Positions 40,227 to 52,742 are shown, numbered from the stretch's first letter. The stretch is 64,000 nt of DNA from Synechococcus sp. (GCA_047284725.1 JBJBEO010000001.1:1368203-1432202), one strand, 5' to 3'. Made by a program: numbers and translations. Notes: generated from the sequence alone by a model not told the origin.

Positions 40227-40340
40227 GCCGGCCTGAGCACGACAGCTCCACCGCACGACAACACCTCGCGCAGTTAACGCCTGATGCCGCGATCCAGCGA
40301 TTCCCCATTCGGCATCCGCGGCGAACACCCAGCTCGTCGT

Positions 40341-40784
40341 TCAGGCCTGATCAAGGGGCAATGGATAGGTCACCCACTCCTGGCCACCGGTTTCCGTGGT
40401 ACCGACGGGTTGGGCCAGACGCCAGCTCTCACCCCGTTCGCCACGTTCAAGGAAGAGCTCGAAGGGACTGTCGACTCTGACGCGATCGCCCGGCAAGCGC
40501 CAATCGAAACGCCCCGTGAGGTGGAGACCTCGATGATCGGCAAGGCGCATCGCCCCCTGCTCCTCCACGCGCACCCGACTGACATCAGGAAGCCCTGCCG
40601 CCTCGAGATCCAGCGACTGGGCAATGGCCGTTTGCGTCAACTGAATCTGAAGACCCAATGCCTTCAGCAACACGGCACGAGGGGGTTGATCAGGGCCGGA
40701 GCAGGCCGTCATGCCGAGGCCAAGAAGCACCACGCAAACCAGAGCGACCCCATGTTGAATCCAGCGTTTCAGGCGGGGGGGCAT
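40341..40784 (-). CDS. Putative lipoprotein
   Basis: Signal peptide with lipobox MTAC. Confidence 0.7.
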   Translation of the reverse strand: MPPRLKRWIQHGVALVCVVLLGLGMTACSGPDQPPRAVLLKALGLQIQLTQTAIAQSLDLEAAGLPDVSRVRVEEQGAMRLADHRGLHLTGRFDWRLPGDRVRVDSPFELFLERGERGESWRLAQPVGTTETGGQEWVTYPLPLDQA

Positions 40785-40835
40785 GACGAAAGGGCTCGAC
40801 AGGTCAGGCAGCATGGAAGCAACGAGAGCAACCCC

Positions 40836-41486
40836 ATGATCGGTTGGCTGCAAGGGGAGCGCATTGACACCTGGTCTCAAGGTGGTCGAAAAGGCCTCGT
40901 GATCGCTTGCGGCGGCGTGGGCTACGAGGTTCAACTTACTTCTGGTCAACAGACAAGGCTGGAGACGGAGAGCCGCTGCACCGTCTGGATTCATCAGGTG
41001 CAACGCGACGATGGCACCAGCTTGTACGGCTTCGTTGAACGTCAGGAACGGGATTTGTTCCGGACCTTGATTGGAGTGAATGGGGTGGGTCCACAGATGG
41101 CCTTGGCCCTGCTCGAATGCTGTGGCGCCTCAGCGCTGGTTGAGGCGATCGTGGAAGGAGATCTGCGGCGCCTCACCCAGGCCCAGGGGGTCGGCAAACG
41201 GACAGCCGAGAGGCTTGCGGTGGAACTTCGCGATCGTCTCAGTGGCTGGCGTTCACCGGCACCGGATGCCCTGTCACTGGTGGACCGCACCGACCTGAAG
41301 ATGCTGCCGATTCAGGGCGATCCCCTCGAGGAACTGCAGCAAACCCTGGAAGCCCTCGGATACGAAGATCTTGAAATCCGGCGAGCGATGCGAGCCGTTG
41401 CCAATGCTGATCCGTCACCTGACCCTGATGATGCCGATGCCTGGTTACGACAAAGCCTGCGCTGGCTCAGTCAGGCATCGGCTTGA
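40836..41486 (+). CDS. ruvA: Holliday junction branch migration protein RuvA
   Basis: MIGWLQG, GGVGYEV, GVNGVGP, GVGKRTAER. Confidence 0.97.
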   Translation: MIGWLQGERIDTWSQGGRKGLVIACGGVGYEVQLTSGQQTRLETESRCTVWIHQVQRDDGTSLYGFVERQERDLFRTLIGVNGVGPQMALALLECCGASALVEAIVEGDLRRLTQAQGVGKRTAERLAVELRDRLSGWRSPAPDALSLVDRTDLKMLPIQGDPLEELQQTLEALGYEDLEIRRAMRAVANADPSPDPDDADAWLRQSLRWLSQASA

Positions 41487-41541
41487 GGGGACCGTGACGA
41501 GGTAAATTGGTTGTTTGCACTGTCAGGGCCAGACGCCGCGC

Positions 41542-41811
41542 ATGTCGCTCGATACCACTCAGAAGCAGCAGCTGATCAACACCCACCAGACCCACGCCAC
41601 CGATACAGGATCGGCTGAGGTTCAAGTGGCCATGCTGACCGAGCGCATCTCCAAGCTCAGCAGCCACCTGCAGAACAACATCCACGACTTCTCCTCCCGT
41701 CAAGGGTTGCTGAAGATGATTGGCCGCCGCAAGCGTCTTCTCAGCTACGTGCGCAACAAGAGTGAGCAGCGTTACAGCGATCTGATCGGCAAACTGGGCA
41801 TCCGCGGCTGA
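41542..41811 (+). CDS. rpsO: 30S ribosomal protein S15
   Basis: [25 protein letters not shown]. Confidence 0.98.
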   Translation: MSLDTTQKQQLINTHQTHATDTGSAEVQVAMLTERISKLSSHLQNNIHDFSSRQGLLKMIGRRKRLLSYVRNKSEQRYSDLIGKLGIRG

Positions 41812-41836
41812 TTCGCCGCTTTCCAACGTTCCAGTC

Positions 41837-42250
41837 ATGGCCGATCAACGCAAACCCCTGCCGTTTGAACCCCGTCGATCGGTCGACGCAGCCAACCCGA
41901 CGAAAGGTGTGGCCCGGTCGCGAACCACCTCCCAGCCCATCCCGAAGGCTGTTGCCAATCGCATGGCACGCCGTGTTGCCATCGCAACGGGCGTGCCTTC
42001 GGTGATGGGTATGGCTGTCTTTATTGTCAGCTACGTACTTGTCTCCCGACAAATCCTTGAGATTCCACCAGGTATCACACTGGTGAGTTCAGGAGCTTGC
42101 TTCCTGCTTGGTCTGGTGGGCCTGAGTTATGGCGTGCTGTCTGCCAGCTGGGAAGCCCAGCCCGGCACTTTGCTCGGCCTTGAACACATCAAGCCCAATC
42201 TTCAACGGATGCGCAGTTCAATCAAGGCCCAGAACAGCAGCAGCACGTAA
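41837..42250 (+). CDS. PAM68 family protein
   Basis: IPKAVANRMARR, GLSYGVLSASW, LLG. Confidence 0.9.
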   Translation: MADQRKPLPFEPRRSVDAANPTKGVARSRTTSQPIPKAVANRMARRVAIATGVPSVMGMAVFIVSYVLVSRQILEIPPGITLVSSGACFLLGLVGLSYGVLSASWEAQPGTLLGLEHIKPNLQRMRSSIKAQNSSST

Positions 42251-42288
42251 CGGTGCCTGTTCATCGCAACGACATCACTCAACACAAA

Positions 42289-45200
42289 TCACGTTGACCC
42301 TGCTCCACTGAAAACAGCCTGGGTGCTGGCCACAAAAGCCTGCTCCTTCAGGTAACCAGCTGCGTCATCGGCATTGCGAACGCAGAATTGTGGACCAAGG
42401 CGGACGTAACGAACATCGGAGCCGTGTCGCACCGACGCCACCACCGGCACGCGCACTCCCAGTTCATCCTGCTCAGGGCGATGAGCCTGCAGGCACTCCC
42501 TCAGTTTGTGCTGAACAGCAACATCACTGGCCTGATCAGGAGCCAGCTCCACCAACAGCAGGCGCAGGTCATCAATCGCACGGCAGTCATCGACGATGAG
42601 CTGCACACGCTCATCACGACGATCGACTGCAGCCCACACCAACAAGCGGGCCTCGGCCATCAGATGATCGGAAAGACGTGCATAACTCTTGGGGAAGACA
42701 ACAGCTTCACAACTGCCGGTGAGGTCTTCAAGGGTGAGAACTGCCATGCGGTCACCCTTGCGGGTGGTGACCTGGCGATAGTCACTCACCATGGCAATCG
42801 CACTCACTTTGGCCTTATCCGCCTGTTCTTCGAGGCTGCCGAGACCAATGGGAGCCAACCATTTCGCCTGCGGCGTGAGCTGCTTCAGGGGATGATCCGA
42901 GAGATAGAAACCAACGAGATCTTTTTCTAGGCGCAGTTTCTCCGTGGGATGGTAATCAGGCACCGGTGACGCCTTCGGAGCCATGCTCAGGTCATGACCG
43001 GTGTCGCCCTGCGGCGACGACGCCGCTGCCGCTATCAGGTCGAACAGATTGCCCTGGCCACTCTCACGGTCCTTCGCCCGAGACGATGCCCAATCCAGCA
43101 ACAGCTCAAGATCAGCCACCAGCTGGGCCCTGTTGGCCTTGGGTTCCAATGCATCGAGGGCACCGCAGTGAATCAATGATTCCAGACTGCGACGATTCAT
43201 GACCGATGACGGCAGGCGGTCACACAGGTCGGCCAAGGACTCGAACGGCCCATCCGATTCACGACTCGCGATCAAATGACGGATGGCACCCTCACCGAGA
43301 TTACGAACGGCAGACAGACCGAACAGGATGCGGGTTCCAGTGGGCGTGAAATCAATTCCCGAAGCGTTGACGTCAGGAGGCATCACCTCAATGCCCATGG
43401 CATTGCAGTTGGAGATGTAGCGCTGCACCTTGTCGCTGGCACCGGCATTCACCGTGAGCAGCGCCGCCATGTAGGCCACTGGGTAATGCGCCTTGAGGTA
43501 GGCGGTTTGATAAGTCACCGCGCCATAGGCGGTGGAATGGCTCTTGTTGAAGCAATATTCCGCAAACAGCACCATCTGATCGAAAAGCTCGTCTGCGACC
43601 TTCTGATCCACGCCTCGTTCGCTGGCTCCTTTCACAAAGATGCTGCGATGTTTCTGCATCTCAGACACCTTTTTCTTACCCATGGCCCGGCGCAACAGAT
43701 CCGCTTCACCCAGCGAATAACCCGCCAGATCCTGAGCGATCTTCATGATCTGCTCCTGATACACCATGATCCCGTACGTCTCCTGGAGGATCGGCTCAAG
43801 GGCCTGATGGGCAAAGTCGATCGCCTCACGACCATGTTTTCGGTTGATGAATTTGGGGATCAGGCCGGCATCGAGAGGACCTGGTCTGTACAGAGCCAGA
43901 ATTGATGAAATGTCTTCGAGCGATGAAGGTCGCAGATCCCGAACGATCTGGCGCATTCCACTAGACTCGAGCTGGAAGATTCCCTCGAGGTCACCCCGGG
44001 CAAGCAGAGCGAACGTGTCGGCATCCTGAGCAGGAAGCTTGTCGGGATCGATGCGCTCTCCGAAGTTCGTTTCCACGAGCTCAAGGGTTTTATCGATCAT
44101 CGTGAGGTTCTTCAACCCAAGGAAGTCCATCTTCAGGAGTCCCATCGACTCCACGTCTTCCATGAAGTACTGGGTGATCACCTGACCATCGTTGTTGCGC
44201 TGAAGGGGCACCAGCTCATCCAGCGGATCAGCAGCAATCACCACACCGGCGGCATGCACCCCGAATGTTTTGTTGGTGCCTTCAATCCGCATGGCCATGT
44301 CGACCCAGCGCTTCGTGACCGGATCACTGAGATATTTCTCACGGAAATCCGGATTCGGAGACTCTTCCCCGATCATTGCGGCGAGCTTGGCAGGCTTGCC
44401 GCGCGCCACCGGGATCAGTTTGGCGAGCCGGTCTGCGTCGCCGTAGGGAATATCGAGCACACGGGCCACATCCTTCAGAACCGCCTTCGAGGTCATGCGG
44501 TTGAAGGTGATGATCTGAGCCACCTTGTCGTCGCCGTAGCGACGGGTGACGTAGTCGATCACCTCGCCACGGCGCTCGATGCAGAAATCGGTGTCGATAT
44601 CAGGCATCGACTTCCGTTCGGGGTTGAGAAAGCGTTCAAACAGCAAGCCATTGCTCACCGGGTCGATGTTGGTGATCCCGAGGGCATAGGCCACCAGAGA
44701 TCCAGCAGCCGACCCCCGCCCCGGACCCACAGGAATACCCTGTTCCCGGGCGAAGCGGATGTAATCCCACACCACCAAGAAATAGGTGGGGAAGCCCATC
44801 TGCTCCATGATCCCGAGCTCGTAGGTGAGACGCTCGCCGTACTCGTTGTTGATCGCTTCATCCGCTCCAAGGCTGAGGCGATCACGCAGACCCTGCTCCG
44901 TCACCTCCTTGAGATAACTCACCGGAGTATGGCCATCAGGAATGGGGAAGCGTGGCATCTGGTAACGCCCGAGGATGTCGTAGTCCTCAACCTTGTCGGC
45001 GACCAGGGCTGTTGTAGCAATGGCCTCCTGCACAACGGAAGGGTCGAGATGATCGGCAAACAGCCGCCCCATCTCCTCCTCGCTACGAATGAATTCGGTG
45101 CCGGTGTAGCGAAGACGCTTCTCGTCGGTGATCAGTTTGCCGGTGAGCACACACAACAGAGCATCGTGGGCCTCGACGTCATTGCGGGTGAGGTAGTGGG

Positions 45201-45825
45201 CATCGTTGGTGGCAACCAGGCCGATGCCCAACTCCTTGGCAATCTTGACGATCTCCACATTGACGATCCGATCCTCCTGAGAGCCGTGATCCTGGATCTC
45301 GAGATAAAAGTCATCGCCGAAGACACCTTGGTACCAACGGGCCACGTCCCTGGCCACGTCAGGGCGGCCCCGCAGAATCGCCTGGGGGATCTCCCCGCCA
45401 AGGCAAGCGGTGGCAATGATCAGCCCCTCGCTGTATTGCTGGAGGAGATGCTTGTCGATGCAGGCACGGGAAAAAATGCCACGACCCCGCATGCCACGAA
45501 GATGACTGATGCTGGTGAGCTTCACCAGGTTGCGATAACCGATGGCATTTTTGGCCAGCACCACCAAGTGGTAGCGGCGCTCCTTTTTCTGTTGTGGGTC
45601 ATCGATCGACCCATTCACCACATACATCTCATTGCCGATGATCGGCTTGATGCCTGCGCCCTCGCACAACTTGAGGAGCTCAACGGCTCCGTACATCACC
45701 CCGTGATCGGTAAGCGCCAGGGCCGGCATCCCCAGCTCCTTGGCCCTCTCCACCATCTGCGGCAGCTGTGACGCCCCATCCAGGAGGCTGTAGTCACTGT
45801 GGTTATGAAGAGGGACGAATGCCAT
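42289..45825 (-). CDS. dnaE: DNA polymerase III alpha subunit (contiguous, no intein)
   Basis: [29 protein letters not shown]. Confidence 0.98.
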   Translation of the reverse strand: MAFVPLHNHSDYSLLDGASQLPQMVERAKELGMPALALTDHGVMYGAVELLKLCEGAGIKPIIGNEMYVVNGSIDDPQQKKERRYHLVVLAKNAIGYRNLVKLTSISHLRGMRGRGIFSRACIDKHLLQQYSEGLIIATACLGGEIPQAILRGRPDVARDVARWYQGVFGDDFYLEIQDHGSQEDRIVNVEIVKIAKELGIGLVATNDAHYLTRNDVEAHDALLCVLTGKLITDEKRLRYTGTEFIRSEEEMGRLFADHLDPSVVQEAIATTALVADKVEDYDILGRYQMPRFPIPDGHTPVSYLKEVTEQGLRDRLSLGADEAINNEYGERLTYELGIMEQMGFPTYFLVVWDYIRFAREQGIPVGPGRGSAAGSLVAYALGITNIDPVSNGLLFERFLNPERKSMPDIDTDFCIERRGEVIDYVTRRYGDDKVAQIITFNRMTSKAVLKDVARVLDIPYGDADRLAKLIPVARGKPAKLAAMIGEESPNPDFREKYLSDPVTKRWVDMAMRIEGTNKTFGVHAAGVVIAADPLDELVPLQRNNDGQVITQYFMEDVESMGLLKMDFLGLKNLTMIDKTLELVETNFGERIDPDKLPAQDADTFALLARGDLEGIFQLESSGMRQIVRDLRPSSLEDISSILALYRPGPLDAGLIPKFINRKHGREAIDFAHQALEPILQETYGIMVYQEQIMKIAQDLAGYSLGEADLLRRAMGKKKVSEMQKHRSIFVKGASERGVDQKVADELFDQMVLFAEYCFNKSHSTAYGAVTYQTAYLKAHYPVAYMAALLTVNAGASDKVQRYISNCNAMGIEVMPPDVNASGIDFTPTGTRILFGLSAVRNLGEGAIRHLIASRESDGPFESLADLCDRLPSSVMNRRSLESLIHCGALDALEPKANRAQLVADLELLLDWASSRAKDRESGQGNLFDLIAAAASSPQGDTGHDLSMAPKASPVPDYHPTEKLRLEKDLVGFYLSDHPLKQLTPQAKWLAPIGLGSLEEQADKAKVSAIAMVSDYRQVTTRKGDRMAVLTLEDLTGSCEAVVFPKSYARLSDHLMAEARLLVWAAVDRRDERVQLIVDDCRAIDDLRLLLVELAPDQASDVAVQHKLRECLQAHRPEQDELGVRVPVVASVRHGSDVRYVRLGPQFCVRNADDAAGYLKEQAFVASTQAVFSGAGST

Positions 45826-45914
45826 GGCCCCAGATTAGGGGGCCACGCAAGATAGAGAGAAGCTCGACTGAAACAACCCCAGATATGGGGTGCACCCGAG
45901 CTGCGCTGACGGGA

Positions 45915-47378
45915 TCAGGCGGGGATGAAGGCTCCCTGGGGACGGGTCGCCATCACCTGGGCCGCCTGCTCGTATTGGTGCGCCACCTGGAGCAATCGCG
46001 ACTCCTCCAGCACGTTGCCGATCAACTGCACGCCAATGGGCAAACCAGCGGAGTCAAAACCGCAGGGGACGCTGATGGCAGGCAGGCCGGCCAGGTTGGC
46101 TGGGATCGTGAGCAGATCTGCCAGGTACATGGCCAGAGGATCATCGGCGTGGGCCCCCTGACGGAACGACGTGCTGGGGGCCGTTGGGGTTAACAGCACA
46201 TCCACCTGCCCGTAAGCAGCATCAAAATCACGACGAATCAAGGTGCGCACTTGCTGCGCTTTCTTGTAATAAGCATCGACGTAGCCAGCCGAGAGGGCGT
46301 AGGTACCGATCAGAATGCGTCGCTGCACTTCACTGCCGAAGCCTTCGGCACGGCTCCGGGCGGTCATGGCCGCCAGGCTTTCAGCATCCTCAGCGCGAAA
46401 GCCATATTTGACGCCGTCATAGCGGGCCAGGTTGGCTGAAGCTTCCGAAGGCGCAATCACGTAATACGTGGCAATGCCGTCGGTGAAACGGGGACAACTC
46501 ACATCCACCAACTCGGCTCCCAGAGCCTTGAGCTGCTTGGCAGCGGCCATCACAGAGGCCTGAACATCCGCAGCCAGTCCATCCTGCTCAAAGCACTCTT
46601 TCACCAGACCCACCTTCAAGCCCTTGATCGGCTTGGCCAGGTCAGCGCTGTAATCAGGTACAGGCGCTTTGAGAGACGTGGAATCCCTTGGATCATGACC
46701 CGCCATCACCTGCAGCAATTCAGCCGCATCCGCCACATTGGTGGTGAACGGGCCAACCTGATCCAGGGAGCTGGCAAAGGCCACGAGGCCATAGCGGCTG
46801 ATGCGGCCATAGGTGGGTTTCAGACCCACCACGCCACAGAATGAGGCCGGCTGGCGGATCGACCCCCCTGTATCGGAGCCAAGGGAGGCCATGCACTCCC
46901 CTGCGGCGAGCGCCGCTGCACTGCCACCAGAGCTACCTCCGGGGACATGCTCAGGATTCCAGGGGTTGGCCGTGGGACCGAATGCAGAGGTTTCGGTGGA
47001 GCCGCCCATGGCGAACTCGTCGAGATTGGTCTTGCCGAGCAAGACGGCCCCCGACTCCCACAGACGCGTGGTCACCGTCGACTCATAGGGAGGAACGAAA
47101 TCCTCGAGCATGCGACTGGCGCAGGTGGTGGCGACACCCTTGGTGCAAAGGTTGTCCTTAATCGCCAGAGGCACACCCGCCAGGGGAGGCAAGGATTCAC
47201 CGGCGCTACGGGCAGCGTCAATCCGATCGGCATCAGCCCTGGCCCGTTCAGCCGTCACCTCGAGATAGGCGTTGAGACTCGGTTCAACGGCGGCGATGCG
47301 GGACAGGTGATGGTCCGTGAGCTCTCGGGCGGATACCTGGCCGCTCTGAAGTTGCTGACGCCACTCGGCGATCGCCAT
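45915..47378 (-). CDS. gatA: Asp/Glu-tRNA amidotransferase subunit A
   Basis: [32 protein letters not shown]. Confidence 0.98.
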   Translation of the reverse strand: MAIAEWRQQLQSGQVSARELTDHHLSRIAAVEPSLNAYLEVTAERARADADRIDAARSAGESLPPLAGVPLAIKDNLCTKGVATTCASRMLEDFVPPYESTVTTRLWESGAVLLGKTNLDEFAMGGSTETSAFGPTANPWNPEHVPGGSSGGSAAALAAGECMASLGSDTGGSIRQPASFCGVVGLKPTYGRISRYGLVAFASSLDQVGPFTTNVADAAELLQVMAGHDPRDSTSLKAPVPDYSADLAKPIKGLKVGLVKECFEQDGLAADVQASVMAAAKQLKALGAELVDVSCPRFTDGIATYYVIAPSEASANLARYDGVKYGFRAEDAESLAAMTARSRAEGFGSEVQRRILIGTYALSAGYVDAYYKKAQQVRTLIRRDFDAAYGQVDVLLTPTAPSTSFRQGAHADDPLAMYLADLLTIPANLAGLPAISVPCGFDSAGLPIGVQLIGNVLEESRLLQVAHQYEQAAQVMATRPQGAFIPA

Positions 47379-47409
47379 CGACAAGGTCTGCTACTCAGCA
47401 GCGACGCTA

Positions 47410-47658
47410 TCAGCCGTCGTCAGCTGTCAGGGTGAAGGGCTCGCCACGACGGCAGCGAACCAGCGTGTGGCTGAGATGTGCTGGCGCTTCTGACGACACG
47501 TCGTCGAGGAACACGGGGAGTTGCTTCAACAGGCTGGAACGGGTCACAAAAGGACCGAACCAATAGGTGGTGTCGGGTCCCTGGGTCTGAACCCGGGCCC
47601 ACCAAGCCAGACCAAGACCGTTGGCGACACTGCGCAGCGGCCTGTTCAGGAGGCCCAT
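47410..47658 (-). CDS. DUF1816 protein
   Basis: GLAWW..V.T..P..TYWFGPF. Confidence 0.85.
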   Translation of the reverse strand: MGLLNRPLRSVANGLGLAWWARVQTQGPDTTYWFGPFVTRSSLLKQLPVFLDDVSSEAPAHLSHTLVRCRRGEPFTLTADDG

Positions 47659-47736
47659 CAGGGGAGGAAGCAGATAAAGGCATTGTGCCCTGTTTCCTCT
47701 CCAGCTGACGAAGGACGTTCCGGGAGTGGCGCGGAC

Positions 47737-49488
47737 TCAGAGTTCAACGCTGTCGTTGAAAGAACCTCCCGGCGTCGACGTGGCACCCGTGGATGTGGGA
47801 TCAAGACCAAGCGCCAGGTCAGGGGTCTCAACGGGGGTCGCAATCTCAGGCTGCAACTCGACTGCCGCATCGCTGTCCGCTGAAGAGTGCATCGCAGGCG
47901 CAGGGGAGACTTCATCGATCTGCACCGACTCAGAACGGTGCCCGGCTGCCGTCGCCAGCGCACCACAACGCGGCCGCACGATCGGTGGCGATGGAGCCTG
48001 TCCCTTGAGATCTTTCATCCAGCCACGGCGCGCCACCTCGTAGAGGCACATGGCCGTCGCAACCGATGCATTGAGGCTGGGCGTGACACCGCGCAACGGA
48101 ATCCGAATCAACTGATCACAGTGGCGCCTGGTCAGCAGCGACAACCCCTGCCCCTCAGAGCCTGTCACCACCACCAACGGTCCATCCAGATCAGCCTCAG
48201 GAAGCGTCACATCCCCCTCTTCTGCCAGACCCACCACCCGGTAGCCCGCATCCTTCAGCGTTTCGAGGGAACGGTTGAGGTTGACCACACGGGCGACGGG
48301 AAGGTGCTCAAGCGCACCGGCAGCCACCTTGGCGACGGACCCGGTGAGACCGGCACTGCGACGTTGTGGCAAGACAACGCCATGGGCACCCAATGCCTCA
48401 GCCGAGCGAACAATGGCCCCCAGGTTGTGCGGGTCGGTGAGGCCATCGAGAGCCAGCAGCAAGGGGGGTTCTCCCAACGCCGCACACCCTTCCACCAGGG
48501 AGGGCAGGTCCAGAGTTTCGGCAGAGGCCGTCTGCAGAGCGATGCCCTGGTGCACTGCGCCCCCTGTGAGTTGTCCCAAGCGAGCCCAGGTGACCTCCTC
48601 AACCAGAACACCCGAGGCCTTCGCCTCTCTCAGCAGCTGGAGGAATTTGGGGGAACTGCGGACTTCGGGTGTGCACCAGATGCGATGAATCGGACGTCCT
48701 GCCTCGAGCGCCGCCTGAGTGGCATGGCGCCCCCAGAGCATGTCATCGGCCTGAGCGTCAGGAGAATGGGCAAAGTCCTCACCCTGACTGGAGGCCTGAT
48801 CGAAGGAACCTCTGGCCTCATCCCGATGCCAGTTGCTGCGACGGGCCCCAACGCGGCCATCCTGCCGCTGACCACGGAAACGTTCAGGGCCTGAGGAACC
48901 GGCGCGAGCGGAACGATCCCCTCCCGGACGGTTGCTCCGATTGAATCGATCTTGACTGGAGAAACGGTCCTCCCGCTGAAAGCGACCGCCGCGCGCAGAG
49001 CCGGAGGCACGTTCTGAACGTGAGTCGGAAGCAAAGCGGTTGTCACGATTGAACGACCCTTCCTTGGAAAAACGACCACCATTGGAAGGCTGATCCTCGC
49101 GGCCGAAGCGGTTGCCGCGATCGGAACGATCCGACCTCGCATAGCGACGGTCGCCTCCAGACGCGGAGTCCCGATCAAATCGAGAGGCGCGGTCGAAACG
49201 ATCGCCGCGACCTGGGCGGGCCTTTCGATCAAAGCGCCCGTCACGGTCAAAACGGTCCTTGTGAGTCGAGCGGCTTGTCCGCTCTCCACGCCCGCCACGA
49301 TCGAAACGATCATCGCGATCGAAACGGGCAGCGCGATCCGAGCGGTTGTCTCGATCCGAACGGCCTTCGCGCTCAAATCGGGTCCGGTAGGGACGTCCGC
49401 CGCCGCCAGAGCGTCCTGCACCAGAGGAGCGTCCCCCTCCATAGGAACGGCCATCACCGGACGAGCGGCGATCAGAACGGAAACTCAT
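47737..49488 (-). CDS. rlmB: 23S rRNA Gm2251 methyltransferase with long N-terminal low-complexity extension
   Basis: DPHNLGAIVRSA, GSEGQG, SLNASVA. Confidence 0.95.
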   Translation of the reverse strand: MSFRSDRRSSGDGRSYGGGRSSGAGRSGGGGRPYRTRFEREGRSDRDNRSDRAARFDRDDRFDRGGRGERTSRSTHKDRFDRDGRFDRKARPGRGDRFDRASRFDRDSASGGDRRYARSDRSDRGNRFGREDQPSNGGRFSKEGSFNRDNRFASDSRSERASGSARGGRFQREDRFSSQDRFNRSNRPGGDRSARAGSSGPERFRGQRQDGRVGARRSNWHRDEARGSFDQASSQGEDFAHSPDAQADDMLWGRHATQAALEAGRPIHRIWCTPEVRSSPKFLQLLREAKASGVLVEEVTWARLGQLTGGAVHQGIALQTASAETLDLPSLVEGCAALGEPPLLLALDGLTDPHNLGAIVRSAEALGAHGVVLPQRRSAGLTGSVAKVAAGALEHLPVARVVNLNRSLETLKDAGYRVVGLAEEGDVTLPEADLDGPLVVVTGSEGQGLSLLTRRHCDQLIRIPLRGVTPSLNASVATAMCLYEVARRGWMKDLKGQAPSPPIVRPRCGALATAAGHRSESVQIDEVSPAPAMHSSADSDAAVELQPEIATPVETPDLALGLDPTSTGATSTPGGSFNDSVEL

Positions 49489-49502
49489 GAACGGAACGGG
49501 GG

Positions 49503-49910
49503 CTATGACAGGTCGTTTTCGGTCTCCTCCAGTCGATCCAGCAATTCGGCAAGCCGGGCAGGATTCTGTAAAAAGAGCCAGCCAACCATTGTCTCAAATC
49601 CCGTGGCTCGTCCATAGACGGAGGCCTCGCCGCGGCGGGGGCCACGACCAGCCCGGTTGCGACCACGCCTGACCAGATCCCTTTCCAGATCTGACAGATG
49701 GGACTCAAGGCGATCAAGCACCGCAGCCTGAGCATCAGCCTTCACTTCAGCCACGACAGCTTTATGCAGGTCATCGGCTCGCCCTGGACGGCGGCAATGC
49801 CTCAAACGCTGATGCAGCTCCCAAACGGCATCACCCAACCACGCCAGCTGAAGAGGACCCAGGTCGTCGGCACCTCCGCGCCCTGGTTGGGATCGAATCC
49901 AGTCGCTCAA
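49503..49910 (-). CDS. mrnC: Mini-ribonuclease III
   Basis: LAWLGDAVWEL, RRGRN, ATGFETMVG. Confidence 0.9.
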   Translation of the reverse strand: MSDWIRSQPGRGGADDLGPLQLAWLGDAVWELHQRLRHCRRPGRADDLHKAVVAEVKADAQAAVLDRLESHLSDLERDLVRRGRNRAGRGPRRGEASVYGRATGFETMVGWLFLQNPARLAELLDRLEETENDLS

Positions 49911-50272
49911 GCCGCCAGCTTGGTCAACGCACTCTCCAGATCGGGCACGAGATGAAGAAACTCCTCGAGCCTTACCAACTTCACGGTTTGAGCAACACGG
50001 GCATTGCCCACAACCAGGAAACTCCGCTTGGCGTCATTGCAGTGCTTGGCCAACTGCACCATGGCGCCGAGACCGGAGGAATCAAGGAAATCGATCTTGC
50101 TGAGATCGATCACCAACGCTGAGGTATTCGCCTTGAGAACGTCGGTGACGTACGTCAGAAACTGTTTCTCGGAGTAAGCATCGAGCTGTCCGGTGAAATG
50201 AAACAACAGACAGTGGTCACGCTGCTCAAAGCCACCACGCAGAGAAACAGTGAGTCGCTGCAGTTCAGTGAT
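49907..50272 (-). CDS. STAS domain anti-sigma factor antagonist (probable non-AUG start)
   Basis: GQLDA, IDLSKIDFLDSSGLG. Confidence 0.85.
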   Translation of the reverse strand: MTELQRLTVSLRGGFEQRDHCLLFHFTGQLDAYSEKQFLTYVTDVLKANTSALVIDLSKIDFLDSSGLGAMVQLAKHCNDAKRSFLVVGNARVAQTVKLVRLEEFLHLVPDLESALTKLAA

Positions 50273-50336
50273 GGAACCAGCCCCCCTCAGGCGTGTTGTG
50301 CCGAAGTTTAGAGAGACTGAAGCAGCTGGACCACCA

Positions 50337-51479
50337 TCAGCGACGTTCTGCCATGAGAGCAGCAAAACGGGAGAAGTGGTGGTCGGCGTCGTGGGGGCCG
50401 GGGCTGGCTTCCGGGTGGTATTGCACACCAAACACCGGCTGGCTGCGATGGGCCATCGCAGCCACGGTCCGATCGTTGAGGTTCAGATGGGTCACTTCCA
50501 CGGTCTCAGCTGGCAAGGAAGCCGCATCGAGCGCAAAGCCATGGTTCTGGCTGGTGATTTCCACCTGCCCGGTCGTGCCGCAGGGGTGATTCAAACCGCG
50601 GTGTCCAAAGGCGAGCTTGAAGGTGGAGCCTCCTAACGCCAATCCGAGGATCTGGTGGCCGAGGCAGATGCCGAAGAGAGGCAGCTGTCGCTGCTCCAGA
50701 AGGCCTTTGGCCAGAGCAATGCCTCCAACAACAGCGGCAGGGTCTCCGGGACCATTCGAAAGGAACACCCCTTCAGGCGCATGATCGAGCACCTCCTCAA
50801 GGGAACTGGACGCCGGCAAGACGGTGACCTCACAGCCATGGCCGACAAGGCGATCGAGGATCGCACGCTTGATGCCGAAATCGATTGCAACAACCCGGTA
50901 GGGCTTGTCGGGACGGGCCTGAAGACGTTGATCAAAGGCCGCTGCACAGGCCGAATTCCAGACGTAGGGCTCTTTCGTGCTGACGGTGTCAGCAAGGTTC
51001 AGCCCCTGCATCGACGGTGCAGTGTTGAGGTCCTCCAGCAGAGCCTGGGGGGAACGTCCGTCGGAGCTGATCACACCATTCATGGCACCTGCATCCCGGA
51101 GGTGACGCACCAGTGCACGGGTATCGATGCCATGAATGCCGATGACACCGTGCTGATCCAGCCATTCCGCCAGTGTCTGGCTAGATCGCCAGTTACTTGG
51201 CAGCGGGGCCAGTTGACGTGCGATCAAGCCTCTGGCGTGGGGTTGATCAGCTTCCTGATCTTCCCCATTGACCCCCGTGTTGCCCAACTCGGGGTAGGTG
51301 AAGGTGACCAGCTGACCTGAATAGCTCGGATCCGTCATCACTTCCTGATATCCAGTCATGCCGGTGTTGAACACCACCTCCCCCACCACGCTGCCGCGAC
51401 GTCCACAGGCCAAACCTTCGAACACGGTGCCATCGGCGAGCACCAGCACCGCAGAGGCTTTGGATTGGGCGGAAGTCAT
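50337..51479 (-). CDS. carA: Carbamoyl-phosphate synthase small subunit
   Basis: [34 protein letters not shown]. Confidence 0.98.
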   Translation of the reverse strand: MTSAQSKASAVLVLADGTVFEGLACGRRGSVVGEVVFNTGMTGYQEVMTDPSYSGQLVTFTYPELGNTGVNGEDQEADQPHARGLIARQLAPLPSNWRSSQTLAEWLDQHGVIGIHGIDTRALVRHLRDAGAMNGVISSDGRSPQALLEDLNTAPSMQGLNLADTVSTKEPYVWNSACAAAFDQRLQARPDKPYRVVAIDFGIKRAILDRLVGHGCEVTVLPASSSLEEVLDHAPEGVFLSNGPGDPAAVVGGIALAKGLLEQRQLPLFGICLGHQILGLALGGSTFKLAFGHRGLNHPCGTTGQVEITSQNHGFALDAASLPAETVEVTHLNLNDRTVAAMAHRSQPVFGVQYHPEASPGPHDADHHFSRFAALMAERR

Positions 51480-51513
51480 GGACACGCAGACCCAGAAACA
51501 ACGGTTCGTCTTC

Positions 51514-52560
51514 TTATTGTTCCTCCCCGCCGCGCAGCGCCGTGCTGAGGCGCTCAAGGCGCTGCCAGGGATGCCCCTGAGCAAGACAGACGAGCGCCTG
51601 CTGAACCCCCTGCTTGAGATCCGGCTCAACTCCAGCCACCCAGAGCACCAGAGCCGTGTTCAAGGCCACGACATCCTGCTGAGCCCTGGTGCCACGACCC
51701 TGCAGCACTGCTTCAAGAATGGCCTGGTTCTCGTCCAGATCCCCGCCCCTGAGTTCCGCCAGTGGCGCCAACTGCAAGCCCACATCAACGGGGTTGATCC
51801 AGTCCGAGCGCAGTTGGCCCTTGTCGAGAATGCGAACGGCATTCGGCCCCTCAAGCGACGCCTCATCCAGCCCTCCGGCACCGTGCACCACAACGGCTCT
51901 TTCCTGACCCAGTCCCTGTAAGGCTGTGGCCATCGGATCGAGCAGGTCCTCCCTGGCCACACCCAACACCTGACCATTCGGGCGCAACGGATTCACCAGC
52001 GGCCCCAGGAGATTGAAAACCGTACGCACCCCGAGGCTGCGCCGCAACGGCGCCAGATTCACCAACGCCGGATGCCATGCAGGCGCAAACAGAAACGTGA
52101 GGCCAGCCTTGGGTAGCGCCTCCACCACCTGAGCCGCAGGGGCTGTGAGCTGCAGGCCAAGGGCCTCCAGTACATCGGCGGAGCCGACCTTGCCGCTTGC
52201 ACTGCGGTTGCCATGCTTGGCCACCACCGCACCACAGGCGGCCGCGGTGAAGGCAACGGCGGTAGAAATGTTGAACGTGTCAGCACCGTCTCCGCCAGTA
52301 CCACAGGTGTCGACCAGAAACCCATCGGGGCGAGGGCCGGGCAGAGGACATGCCTGGCGAAGCACCCGAGCCATCGCGGCCAGTTCCGTGCCTTCAGTTC
52401 CCCGAGCCCGGAGAGCAGCCAGAAACCCTCCTGTCTGAACCGGGGTGAGTGCCTCCTCAAGCCAGGCCTGCATGAGTGCTGTGGCCTCACCATCCGAGAG
52501 TCTGTCGCCCTGCAGAAGACGATCCAGCAATTGGGGCCAGGACACAGAGTGATTCGCCAT
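51514..52560 (-). CDS. trpD: Anthranilate phosphoribosyltransferase
   Basis: [26 protein letters not shown]. Confidence 0.97.
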   Translation of the reverse strand: MANHSVSWPQLLDRLLQGDRLSDGEATALMQAWLEEALTPVQTGGFLAALRARGTEGTELAAMARVLRQACPLPGPRPDGFLVDTCGTGGDGADTFNISTAVAFTAAACGAVVAKHGNRSASGKVGSADVLEALGLQLTAPAAQVVEALPKAGLTFLFAPAWHPALVNLAPLRRSLGVRTVFNLLGPLVNPLRPNGQVLGVAREDLLDPMATALQGLGQERAVVVHGAGGLDEASLEGPNAVRILDKGQLRSDWINPVDVGLQLAPLAELRGGDLDENQAILEAVLQGRGTRAQQDVVALNTALVLWVAGVEPDLKQGVQQALVCLAQGHPWQRLERLSTALRGGEEQ

Positions 52561-52742
52561 GGGTTGACAGAAAAAAACCCGGGTGCAGAGCACTCCGGGC
52601 CAGGTGATGGGGACAACGCCAATATCCCTTAAAAATCGGCGTCTGGCCAGGCGGCTCTGATTTTTCAGCAGCCTGCTGAAAGGCCCTGCCGCCACTGGAG
52701 ACGAGGGCCAGTGCCTAGGTTGAACGCTGCGCTCGCCCATGG

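Noticed and set aside
43530..43570. Split DnaE intein site (AEY/CFN)
   Set aside because: The sequence is contiguous AEYCFNKSH; no intein or split
44254..45771. Long antisense ORFs (505 aa here; also 37634-38719, 25013-26134, 16867-17898)
   Set aside because: Shadow ORFs of GC-rich genes with no recognisable motifs
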